Source: Amoebophrya sp. A120 (taxonomy: Eukaryota; Protista; Dinoflagellata). From it: a DNA stretch of 64,000 nt. The translations under genes were made by a program, and so were the position numbers. Position 1 is the stretch's first letter. Every line of letters begins with the position of its first letter. Under the pieces are notes generated by a model. The model saw nothing but the letters and a program-made list of their open reading frames with translations. It was not told the DNA's origin and searched no databases. The stretch is from positions 3,839,600 to 3,903,599 of the forward strand of contig CAJINV010000003.1 in NCBI GenBank assembly GCA_905178155.1, given 5' to 3'. This document shows positions 22,711 through 33,700 of this stretch, in pieces.

Positions 22711-22764
22711 GATTGCAGCGAGCTGCCCGTCTCCGTATAGAGGCCGTTGCGCGGTTGCGACTAT

Positions 22765-24615
22765 ATGACCAATTACAACACCATGACGATTACCCTTGGA
22801 CAGAAGGACGGGCTTCGGCGTCTTTCCGCTGGACCCCCGATGCGTCCGCCGCGCGAGCAGAAGAGCGGCCCCAGCTGGTTCGTCGCGTTGGCGATCGCCG
22901 CGGTGTCCCTGGCTGTTGGAATTTGTTTTTCTCCGACGTTTCTTCCCACCGAGTTATCAAATGCAAAAATGTCTGGGTCTGGAAGAATGCAACTTGTGAT
23001 GCTGCATTTGGATGCCTGAAAAATTTGTGTTGCATGATGAGCAGCAAAAGGATTCTAGTTTTTGCTACGCGGGGAGCGCATTTGTCATCCGGAATAGGCA
23101 TCAAGAATCCCTCAGAAAGCCCTTGATGCTAGGGCATGCATCACAGACATCATGGCTCATGCAACACGTGCGTGACAAGTCTCAGAATCATCCAGACCCA
23201 GACAGTTTTACAGTTGATACGAGTGCCCGAAGTGCAACTGCCCGCCTTGCGATCGCCGGGAATTGAGGCCGATGGAGGTGGTGGTGAGGCTTGACAAGAA
23301 AACAGCGGGGAACGACCCCGTGGAGGCGACCAAGAAAAATAATTTTGCTTTCTCCCCTTTCAAGGACGACACGAATCCCGCTGCCTCTACTTTCGAGGAT
23401 CACTACTTTTCGGCCGAAGTGCTAGACCCGCAGACCTTGAAACCGCTGCAATCTGACACCACGCGGCTCGTGGAAGCGCTAAAAAGGGCCGACGGGGTCT
23501 TTGGGCAGCTCGCGGTGAAAAAAAATTCGCCGGCGGTACTAGGGCGTGCAACTACTTCTACTAGTAGCCAAAACAGCAACTTTGTGTCTGTTCCGAAATT
23601 GCAGCGAGCTGCCCGTCTCCGTATAGAGGCTGTTGCGCGGTTGCGTGCGTGCATGCAAAAGAAGGAAAATTCAATGTACCACGAAGGCCCGGCTTGTACG
23701 CGCTGGTCGGAGATTATCGACGCTGTCTTTGACGAATGTGGCAGCTTTGACTCGCTTGTAGAGGCTGGCGGTCTCCTGGCAGGATCCAGCAACTTCGAGG
23801 TCGCGGAGTACATTCGTGAGAAAATTGATGGTAACAGCAAAAACGCGATGCAGGGCGTCGTGTACTTTGAGCCGCGCGGGTCCGGTGAGTGGATGGTTGT
23901 GAATCTGAAGGGCGTGCATGAACCGTTGGCAAAATCGCCACTGCATGAGGCCGATTGCTTTGCCTTCTACGATCAGTCTCGAACGCGCGGGGCAGACTTG
24001 AAGCTGAAACACGACGCGCATGCCATCGTCACGGTGGCACCCGGAATGAACAAGGATCAGCTCATGCAAGCTGTTGGGAGGCTGCGAAAAATTCACTTCG
24101 CGCAAACCGTGGCATTTTACGGGCCGCCAGAGGTCACGAACAGTATCCGAGAACAATGCAGCCTGCCGTGCGCGCAGCTGAACTCGGTAGACCTCCTCTT
24201 CTGGGTTACTCTGAACACCATCCACGCCGTCGAAAATGCGTTGCTACCCTGGGCTTCGCAAGGAGGTACGTACTGTGCAGTGGGCGGGAACGCCTCCCGA
24301 GCCTTGCTCGACGAAAAATGCGACTTGACAACGTTTTATGGTGCCTCGACGAAGAAGCAGCTTATTCGTGACGTCGGAAAGAGAGACTTTGAAGGTCAGA
24401 TGCGGCAAGCTGCAAAGAGATTCAAAGAAGCGGAACGCTTGCGCACACTGGCAACCAGTAATCCAGATTCGCAGCAAGCCCAAGGTCGCACAGGAGGTAC
24501 TCTGCCTACGGGAAAAGCCTGTGGCGGAGCCTCCTGTTTCGAGTACACGCCGAAATTGCAGCGAGCTGCCCGTCTCCGTATAGAGGCTGTTGCGCGGTTG
24601 CGACTACGGCAATGA
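22765..24615 (+). CDS. Putative chimeric ORF: TM-protein N-terminus (insert 3) + repeat 4 + DUF3638/DUF3645-type protein fragment (insert 4) + repeat 5 and native stop
   Basis: ATG 22765; removing introner 22955-23219 gives ...WFVALAIAAVSLAVGICFSPTFLPTECPKCNCPPCDRRELRPMEVV..., continuing in ORF 23263-24615. The motif FYDQSRTRGADLKL...VTVAPGMNKDQLMQAVGRLRK...QTVAFYGPPEV resembles the conserved block of the giant DUF3638/DUF3645 proteins. Expression unknown. Confidence 0.5.
22955..23219. mobile_element. Introner/MITE family A, copy 4 (265 bp), inside insert 3
   Basis: TIR TATCAAATGCAAAAATGTCTGGGTCTGGA...TCCAGACCCAGACAGTTTTACAGTTGATA. TSD CGAGT at 22950-22954 and 23220-23224. Confidence 0.92.
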
Positions 24616-25592
24616 TAGACGTCGACGAGTAGTTGAACTTGCTAGAACCTACAATGCGCGAGCGCTGGACGCGCTTGGCATACTTTTATTTTGGACAATT
24701 GCGCATTTTGTTGCTCCCCGGATTGTGAGCGCGAAAAACGCGCGCTACTTTAGGCGCGTTTTTGAAAAGCGGATACATAATAATGCTAGTAATCATGTAC
24801 GATGAGCTGCGCTGCAGCGACTGCGCAGGGTTTCAAATGAACGTGAAGAAGTGAGGTGGCCGTTTATTTGTGCTAGCATGCAGATGGACAGAACCAGAAT
24901 GGAGATACATCGGATTTCGTTTGCGATATCTTATTTCGCTTTGCCAGACAGAATACGCTTTGACCGCTGGAAAATTGCAGCATACGCGCTGTGCAGATTG
25001 ACTTTAATGTTGATTGGTGCTTTCGAGATGGATCGCTTCCTTTCATTGTAAACTTTCCATCGTCCTGTCCCTGTGGTTCGTGCTTACGACAAGTTCTCAG
25101 CGAACGATCCAAAGTGCCTCGTGAATCCTACGGCTGATCTAGAAGGAGTCAGGTTTTCTAGGAAGATCCGCAGATGTTTCATTCTTATTGGTCCGTCTGT
25201 GTTAACACATGGATCCAGGCGCCGCGATGAGAGAGCATTGATCCGACGGCGATCCACACTGCAGTAGCGACTTGCATTTGCGTCGCTCGAAACGTAAAAT
25301 CGTACACAGTTGTCACATTTCTTTGTGAATAAGAATCCTTCGGAGTTGCTGTGTGCTTCACGATCATGTCTTTTAGATCTAGCAGCACGTGCGGGCAAGC
25401 AACAAACACTTTTCGGAGCAACAAATACTTTGCGAGGAGGCATGACAGTATAGCGAATAACAGCGTGGTCAATAAGATTGTTGTCCATGTTTTTTTCCCG
25501 GAAGCAACTAATTTGAGCCACTTGTATTTGATCTTCACAACTTACTTGCCGCTAGTACGCCTTCATCGTTTGTTGGCACCCAAACCCAATCG

Positions 25593-27303
25593 ATGAGTCT
25601 GCCTCCTCCTAAGCTGGTTATCCCCGCGGACCGAGGGTCGCCTGGCACCGGGACTAGCTCGTCCAGCAGTTCCAGACGCGGCGATGGCTCGCCTTCACCG
25701 GGGGACAACAGAAATAAGGTTGTGGAACTGCAAACGACGGGGAGTCAAAACTCCTTACTTATTGATGATGACGACACTTTTCGCAATGTGCAGGCGCCGA
25801 AACGCTCGAAGTCCCAGGGCACCACAAGTTTTACGCGGGTGGCCTCGGGAGAAAGACGGCTCTACAGCATGCAACAGGGTTACACGTCGAATGAGGTGGT
25901 GCAACAGGGGGAGGGGTACACGGTGATTGTGTACCACAAGAGCATGGAGAAGCTGGCGAAGGCCGTGCAGTCTTTGTACCCAGGGAAGATTCATCTGATC
26001 GGTCCCACCTTCGAGTATTTCAAGGACGGTTGGCCCAACGTCGCCTTCACGCCGGAGAACGTGTACCGCATGCAGGATGATCACGCGAGCGTGTGTTTCC
26101 TGGCATCGTTCCACACACCCGAAAAGGTGTTCGAACAGCTCGCGGTCATCTACGCCCTGCCTAAAATGCTCGTGCGAAACTATCGCATCATCGTGCCTTG
26201 GTTTTCCACAGGTAGTAGCACACGTTGCTGAAATAAAAATCAGGATGTGCTTGTCGTCGGCTTAGTGGTTGAACTTGAAAAATCATGCTGACATGATTGA
26301 TTCTGCATTTTTTTTTGAACAGTCCAAATCTACTAGTCAACCTACCAACCTGTACTATTCCTCGCAGTTGTTTACTTTACGAATGCGTACATTAATTATT
26401 TCTCCAGGCACGATGGAGCGCGTGGAGACGATGGGGCAGATTGCGACCGCGAAGACGCTGGCACGCGTGCTAGATTCTACGCCGAATTGCCGCACCGGGG
26501 CGCCGATCATCACCATTTACGACATCCACACGCTGCAAGAGCAATTTTACTTCAACGATAACGTGCTGGTCGAGTTGAAGTCCGCTGTGTTTCTTCTGAA
26601 GCAGGAGCTGAGTCGCATGCTCAAGTCCGGATCGTCTCCCTCAGTGAACAAGCAGGTCGTGGAGCCCTTCGCGGGCGAGGAAATCGCTATCGCCTTCCCC
26701 GATGACGGCGCCAAGAAGCGGTTCGGCTCCAAGTTTCCAGAGTACCCGCACGTCGTTATCACGAAACAGCGTGGCGAGGGCGACAAGCGAATTTGCAGGA
26801 TACAAGTAAAAGATATGAGAAAATTTCATGCGCTGTTTTTGAATTTCAATTGAGAAAAAGTTGCTCATGCGCATCAATCTGCGCCGAAGTAGACAGGTTT
26901 TATTAGCATCCATAAGCTGCCCGTCACTAATAGGCATCATTATCCTTGAATAAAACAGGACGGCGATGCGAAGAATCGGCACGTGATCCTTGTGGACGAC
27001 ATGGTGCAGACCGGCGGCACCCTGTTAGAGTCCATTGACGCGCTGGTTCACGCGGGCGCGAGCAAGGTATCCTGTTACGTCACGCACGCCGTGTTTCCGT
27101 CAGAGTCGTGGCGGAGGTTTTTGAACGTGGACAAGCTGGACACCTTTTACGTCTGCGACACCATTCCTTCCACGCGAGACACGCTGGAGAAGATTGGAAA
27201 GCCATTTAAGATACTTTCCATCGCACCACTGTTGGGCTACTTGCTGGTGGGCCGCGAGCCCGGGAAATTCAAGATGCGAGACGAAGACAAACTGGACACA
27301 TGA
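25593..27303 (+). CDS. PRS: Ribose-phosphate pyrophosphokinase (PRPP synthase), class II / plant PRS3-4 type
   Basis: Exons 25593-26211, 26408-26805, 26959-27303 (GT-AG introns). Motifs FKDGWPN, VPWFSTGTMER, IYDIHTLQEQFYF, IAFPDDGAKKRF and the PRPP-binding VILVDDMVQTGGTL. Confidence 0.92.
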
Positions 27304-27715
27304 AGATGAAAAATCTGATATGTGAAGCGACTGGCTTTGTTGAACGATCGCCATAGCAGCACAAAGATGCTCTCATAAGTGTAGGATGTAAGCTGAGATG
27401 ACTCTCTCGAATGAAAATGACCATGCATACAGAATTACGCAAATCAACTTTTCTGCTCGCGGAAATAAGTGAGGCACGATGTATTTTCACGAACGTGCAG
27501 CAGACCGCTGGATCTTTTTTCCCTCACAGCATACCCTTCTCTTTGTTTCCGCTGACACACGACGACAGCTGCACAAAGAGCAGTGCTCTGCATTGGCCGC
27601 GTGTAACCTTTGACGAACTGTCAAAGTCAATTTATGTCACTACCTAATCTGAAAGTAAAACATCGTGTAAGAACTAGCTCTATGGACGTCCCTCTTTTGC
27701 GGCCATTCCAATGTA

Positions 27716-30700
27716 ATGCGCTTTCTTCGGTATCATGTACATGTTTTTGGAAATTCTCCGTGTCGGTTTTTGTTCGCTTCCTGCCTTCGCGTCCGCAAGT
27801 TTTCTGAAGGTTTGCTGCTCGTAGCATTAGCGTTTTTTGCGGTCCGGTTCACTGGCGCGGCTCCCCCGTGGTCCCCTTCCGCGGGCGACCATGATGTGGA
27901 AAAACAGACACAGCGCGCGGAAGAAGACGCAGTCTCAGTCGCCGAGGCCTACCGTGCTTCCGTGGATCGCGTTCGGCGACAGCATGCGGGGTATCGCAAA
28001 GTCCCGCAGGACCTCCTCCACGACATGTTCCGCTCCGCGCACGAGCGCAACGCGGAGTCGTTCGCCGTGCGCACAAATCTGCCGGTGGATTGCCGCTGCG
28101 GCACAGCGGCCCATCTGGCACAGTATCCGCGGACCCAAGTGCGCTACGATTTGTTTGGACTCAAGGTATGTAACTTGATTGCTACATCGGCAGTTTTCCG
28201 GAACTCGCTGGATTTTTAGTACAACAGCACCGAAATCATGCAGATGATAATGATGGTGCTGATGCTGATCATGATGATGAAGGAATCGGAATCCGGTGCA
28301 GTTCCTTAGGAAATCCATGATACGGCCGATACCATTTATTACGTCAAGGTAGTGTTCGAATATCTGTGGCGCAGCGAGCGCAGCCTCCGTGATTGGCTCT
28401 ATGGGGACTACTGGAAGAAGTGGAAGCTGGGGCGACCGAACTTTCTGCACGAGGACCCGATCCCGCGCTCGCGAACCGGGATGCTGCACGTCTCACTGGA
28501 CCCAAAGGTCGTGTGGCAGGATCGCGTGAACGAGAACGAGGTGGACGCCGCCACGGTCGCCGAATTTGAGGAGGCAGAGTTTCATTTCGGCGAGTTTCGA
28601 GGCATTTTGCTCGAGCGCGACCTCCCCTTGCTGACGGATACGCAGCACGAACTGCTCGACCGCGCGGTGTACAAACTGCTGAGCCGAAATTTGGTGCTCT
28701 CTTCCGAGGCGGTGTTGGAGATGATTGAGATTTTCTTCAGCATCGGCCGCGCGGCCGAGAACGATCTGTACGACCTTCTGCACGGGCTACAGGCCATCGC
28801 GCACGAGTGCCTCCCGATCGCATTCCTCAAGTTGATGGTCAGCCTGGTGCGGTTGCAGGAAGAGGTGCAGTTCCGCGGCACGAGCTTGAAGACTGTGTTC
28901 CAGTCTTTCCCGCCGAGCCACTTGCTGCTGCTGGGCGACTTGGTGCCTGAAGTGTTGAAGTGCTTTCCAGGGGGCGAGATGTTCAGCGAGGAGGTAACTC
29001 CAGCGTTGGAAGTAGTTCGTTCTCCAGGTATTCACAATGGGCAACCAGCAGAAGCAGGCGGATCTTCAAAAGCATCAGAGCGCGACGGCTTGAAAGTAGG
29101 CAAGAACGAAACGCAAGAAGCGGAGCAACGACTCGAAGCGATCCTGCAGCGCGAGTTTCCGCCTACCATGCGAGCACAAGTGTTTTCCGTGCAGCAGGAC
29201 GCGTTCACCGGCGAGTATCACGGCGCCAGAGAGCTGCAGCAGCCGGAGAGTAGTACTGATGGGGGAACCGGAACGACAAGAAGTGTCGATAGAACGGGCG
29301 AGTCCGGTTTTCACTTTTTCTGGGATCCGAGCCTGCACGTGAAGAAAGTGTACTCGGGATACCTGTCATTCTTCAATAACCAGTGGCGCAAAGATCGCTT
29401 GTGGTTTCCGCTCTACGATTTTTACCAGTGCACGGGTTACGACGGCTTTCAACACGTCCTCCTCGACGAAGTCCTGCGGGACGGGTTCGCGACCGGATTA
29501 CTCGGTGGCAGCAAGCTGCTTTCGTCGACAAAATTGTCGCAGGAGAGAAAGGATGAAAAGAGCCGGAGAGTTCTTGCCAAGTCGTTGGTGCGCGTGGCTG
29601 TGTGGCCGGAACAGGTCAACCAGGGGCCAACTTTGGAAGGCGAGGATAACGCGGTCTCTACTACGCCGGACGATGTGCAGGGGGAAAACAGTAGTGCGGA
29701 AGGTAGTAGTACCGAGGACGAACCAGCAGTGGTCACCCGAGCTCTTCTTGGCCTCGGCACCGCCCGACGGGTCCAAGTCATGCCGTTTTCATCAGTTGAT
29801 GAAGATGATCGGAAGGACGATGTTGAACAAGGACCAAATAAAGTCCAGATCATAACGAACGCCGAGCCAGAGGAGCAGGGGCCGCTGAGCCCCGATGGGG
29901 AGTCGCGGTTGTCCGTCTCCTACAGTGTCTCGACGGAGGACGAGGACAAGCCGTGCGAACTGCTACGCACGCGGACCGGGCGCGGCCTCGATTTCGGCGT
30001 GCAGCAAACGCCCGAGGGGCACACGTTCAACATGAACCTGCTCCCCCACGCGGACTGCTTCGCGCTCTTAGTTCGGTTGAACGGCGACACGGTGTTGTCC
30101 TTCCGCCACGAAGTGTTCCAGCACCGCGAGGACCACGACCTGGAACAGAAGAAAGCGCCCTGGAAGTGCTGGATTTTTCGGTGTTGGGACGGCAAAGTCC
30201 GCCCGGACCCGCAGGCGGCGATCAACAAGGACCCGTTGCTGCGCCAAAACGCCATGCAGGCGGGCGAGGGCGAAAAAGAAACCGTGGTCGTCGCGTACCC
30301 GATCCCCGAGGAGGTGGTCGCGCACAAGAGACTGCTCGGGAAGCGAGTTGGGAAAACGATCCGAAAGTACCTGCAAACAAGCGAAGAAGCCCAAACCCTC
30401 GGAGGTCCCTTTTCCTCCCCCGAAGACTTCCTGTTGCCGCAGATGATGGAGGATGACTGGGAGGAACGCGTTTCGCTGCAAAATTTTGACCTGTACTCGC
30501 GGTTGTGCCACCCAATCCGTTCCTTGGTCGACGCCCTGCTCATGTATCGCCCGGACCTGAATCCCTTCTACCCCTTCTACGATCCCAAGGGCGCGACGGA
30601 TCCCGGGGAGTCCTTCGCGTTGCCGAAGCCGGGTTTAAAAGACATTGAAACTACTCGTCTTGCGACAGCCAGTGCCACAGGTGAAGTCAACCTCAACACA

Positions 30701-33700
30701 TCTTTGAATGAGGGAGATAAACTTGTCGAGTCTCCTGCTGATGTTTTCGAAAAACCACGCAATCTCGACGTCACGCCGTTCAACATCAACGCGTTTTCCG
30801 AGAGCTCCTACTGCAAGGAAGAAGACGTTCCCCCGGCAATCGCCGACGAGCGACCGCAGCGGATTGCGTGTCTCGCGCCGGTGGTCTACCACCAGGAACG
30901 GGCCATCATGGTGAATCAGTCGAACATGATCGCGCCCTACTGCGACGACTTTGTGTTCTTCGTGGCCAACCGGAGCGCGCCGGAGTACTTCAACGGGTTA
31001 TGCATTGCGAATATGTCTGGATCTGGAAGGTTGGAACTTGTATTGCTGGTCTTACATGCCTGTGAAATCTGTATTGCATGACTAGCAAAAGTCGCAGCCT
31101 CTCTTTTCATACAAATACGCAGCCTCTCATGCTGATTGCGTATGAGAAAGCGTTCTGCAAACTTGTCATGGCTTGCTGCGTAAGGAAGTGTTTTCATCAT
31201 GCACATTTTAGCATCAGAACTTTCCAGACCCAGACAAATTTGCATTTGATACGGGTACCGGGTGCACAACCTGGACATTATCTCCGACGAGTGGCTATCA
31301 AAAGTAAAAATGTCTGGGTCTGGGAACTTGTGATGCTGGGTCGCGTCTCATGATGAGGCTACAAATGCTGGCTCAGCATGACAAGTTTCTGAGCTCCTAG
31401 GTGTTGCCTATTCTGCATGACAAACTGCGCTTCTGCATCACAGAAAAACGGAGCTCTTGGGTAACGTGCATGACAGATTTAAGAGTCATGCCAGACAAGC
31501 ATGACAAACATGAATGCTTCCAGACCCAGAAATTTTTACAGTTGATAGTGGCAGAACGAGTACCGCAGCCCCAACGGCGCCGAGAAGTATGGATTGCAAA
31601 TATGTCTGGGTCTGGAAGGGTTGGAACTTGTGATGCAAACTCTGGAACACACAAAAATTTGTGTTGCATGAACGCCAAAAGCTGTCCATTTCTTGGCACG
31701 CAAGTAGGAAGTTTCTCATGCGGGACAGGCATCACAGGGCGTGCTCAAAACCTGTGATGCTTTTGCCAGCATCAGACACCATTTGCGTGATCCGAAATAT
31801 GCATGACAAATCTTGCAATCTTCCAGACCCAGACATTTTTGCATTTGATAAGAAGGAGAACGCGATGATGCTAGAAGCCTACTTCTACTACTTCTTTCCG
31901 CAAGCGCCGCGGATCACGGAATTCCAGAACGCCTGGCTGGGGGACCGCGCGCCACTTACGGAAAGCGGAAACCCGCAGGACGAGGACGACGATATCTTCT
32001 ACAATGGGGTGGCGACGAAAACGAAAAATGTTAAACCACCTAAGGATGAAAAATCGGCTACGAAAGAAACCCTTATATTACCGGAAGCTGCTCCACAAGA
32101 CAGTGCCAATAAAATCGCCACGCTTCCCGGCGAAAGTCTGTACCGGTTGGACAAAACGAAGCCGGATTTGGGTCTCCTATTACCAGACGACGAGCACGTC
32201 GTGGATGTGGACGAAAGTTGGTTACACTGGCAGAAACAGCACATCCTGGACCATTTCCCGTTCGACTTGCTAAAAAGCGCTGTTGGAACATCATTAGCGG
32301 GAGCAGTTGCAAGTCATCTCGTGGACATGGTGAAAGAGCTTTTTTCTTCAGACCGCTATGTAAACGAAAAGACGCGGCTCAGCTACTTGCAGAACGCCGT
32401 GGGCGCGCAGTCCTTGTGGGACGTGCTGCGAACGGGGACGTTTCAAGGAAAAAGCGCTTTTGAAAACACTGATGCCGTGTTCATAAAGGAAGAAGATGCA
32501 AACGCAATGGCGTCAGCAATTCTAGCGCACTACTGCAATCATGACCGTGGCTCTTCTGCAGCAAATAGTAACGTTTCTTTCACGGAAACGGAAGACCGGA
32601 TTATTTTGGAGCTGGGTTTCCGTAAAGTCTCGGATCCGTCAGTGCTGGGTCCGATCAGTCCAGAGCACTACCACAAGTTCATTCTGCCGCCCGCGTCTAC
32701 GGTAGACGCGGGGGATGATCAAAGTTTCCAGAGCTGCATCCGGGCCGCGGAAAGCCGGCTGTTTGCGCGCATTTTGCGGGACGTGCATCGGCGCTTCCGG
32801 GAATCTCGCGCAAAGTGGTACGAGCGGAAGGAGTTTCTCAGCGGCACGCACGACCTCATGTTTCACCTTTACCCAGCGGAGAAAGGCGTGGGCAGTAGAG
32901 ATGTTGACAAAGGAGAAGCACAAGCAAAAGCAAAGGAAAAATCCGCAAAAATCGCGGGCTCCGACGCAGTGAGCAGAGGCGAAAATGACCCACGTTTTAT
33001 GCACAATGCGCACGTTATTCGCGACGGGCTTTTAGAAACCGATAGCGAACTGTTTTCCGCATACGATCAACTTGAGTCCGAGCGCATCGGTCTGCTGAAG
33101 CAGGGCGCCAGAGCGCCCTCTGTGTCCATTTCGCGAAAGTTGCAACGTGTGCGCAAGCGCCAGGGGAACCTGCTGCGTGTGCTGCAGAGCAAGTATCGTG
33201 GCAGTCCCGAGATGCAAAAGCTGGTGGCAACCTTGAAAGGTTCAAAAGCGGCCGAGGCCAAGTACTTCGCGGACCACAAAATTGAGCTGGAGGGGGTTTC
33301 ACCGGATTCGGCTTTTTCTGGCGGTGGAGAACATCATCATCTTCAAGGCAACACGAAAAGCGAGCTTCCCGATTGGTATTGCCAGATCGAGTCGGATTTG
33401 TATTTCATCCCCGAGAATTTCGAGCGCTTTGTCAATCTGCGGAACTTCGACGCCAACATTCCGTACTACCTGGGTCACATTTGGACCACGATCACGGACA
33501 AGGTGTTCGGGTTGCAGCGTACGGGCTTCAGCACGGAAGTGACGCAGGGCCTCTGCGTGTCCCGCAAGGGCTTGCAAATCCTGGCGGAATTCTACAAGTA
33601 CTTCTACATCGGACGGGCGGAGAAGTACAAAATCCTCGTGGCGGAAATGGAAAACACCCACAATTTATCGATCAACCAGCTGCTTGCCTCGGAACGGGTG

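Larger units (their letters stand above)
20636..24606 (+). repeat. Five direct repeats (41-57 bp) of the 3' end of paralog 2, separated by four unrelated inserts
   Basis: Copies at 20636-20681, 22150-22190, 22712-22763, 23591-23645 and 24550-24606. All contain the identical 33-bp core ATTGCAGCGAGCTGCCCGTCTCCGTATAGAGGC. Inserts are 1468, 521, 827 and 904 bp. Confidence 0.93.

Noticed and set aside
20636-24606. Bona fide CRISPR array or integron
   Set aside because: Spacers are 0.5-1.5 kb, repeat ends vary, the repeat is host coding sequence, and there is no cas or integrase gene. The resemblance is architectural only.
31397-31850. ORFs containing KCKNVWVWK, FQTQTFLH or MSGSG peptides recurring through the window
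   Set aside because: They are translations of the family A terminal inverted repeats, not a protein motif or a transposase.
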